A stretch of DNA of 63,984 nt, counting the filler, from Octopus bimaculoides (lineage: Eukaryota): the NCBI RefSeq assembly GCF_001194135.2. It is 7 parts of 5 records of this genome, joined end to end, with 100 filler letters (N's around TTAATTAATTAA, not from the genome) between each part and the next. Parts side by side here need not be neighbours in the genome. Positions count along the whole stretch, not along the records: positions 61,773 to 63,984 come from NC_068982.1; 6 more parts are not named here. The stretch is one strand, 5' to 3'. This document shows positions 63,631-63,984 of this stretch, piece by piece. Within the stretch, counting starts at the first letter, position 1; the number at the start of each line of letters is the position of its first letter. The translations under genes were made by a program, and so were the position numbers. The notes beneath the pieces were generated by a model, which worked only from the letters and a program-made list of their open reading frames with translations, was not told where the DNA came from and ran no database searches.

Positions 63631-63984
63631 AGGGTTTCAAATTTTGGCACAAGTCCAGCAATTTCAGGGGTTGGGTAAGTCGATTACATAGACCTCAGTG
63701 CTCAACCGATACTTATCTTATCGACCTCGCCGGAATTTCAATTCAGAACGTGAAGACGGACGAAATATTCTGATGAGCTAGCTTACTTTACCTACACTGA
63801 TTTATTAATATACGATTGTGTAATTGCGTAGCATACATATCAATGTAGACATGTAAATATAATTCATTATCATGAGATGAAAGTTGGGAAACGGTCGTAA
63901 TCCTAAGGATGACAAGTGGTTAAATAAATATATTCAACTCCCATACCTCCTAACTTTTTATGATTTATATATATATATATATAT

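Overview
AT-rich, microsatellite-dense eukaryotic DNA whose SINE families and repeat style point to an octopus genome (inference from recalled repeat sequences; possibly Octopus bimaculoides). Six identical 100-bp spacers (44 N + TTAATTAATTAA + 44 N) split the window into seven blocks that may not be truly adjacent. The only host-gene signal is the last coding exon of ribosomal protein L24 (minus strand, 18568-18651) with its acceptor and poly(A) signal. The rest is mostly decayed mobile DNA: RTE, L1/Tx1 and Penelope-like retroelements; hAT, mariner/Tc1, pogo/Tigger and possibly Mutator transposons; foldback MITEs; and modular tRNA-derived SINEs. The most interesting pattern is a set of minimal type I hammerhead-ribozyme motifs from several unrelated families. 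One sits in the tail of a tRNA-headed short element (24957-25237, second copy 25322-25506), and a perfect 124-bp palindrome (59583-59706) is centred on that ribozyme's cleavage-site palindrome. All alignments and folds were done by eye; no database search or folding program was run.
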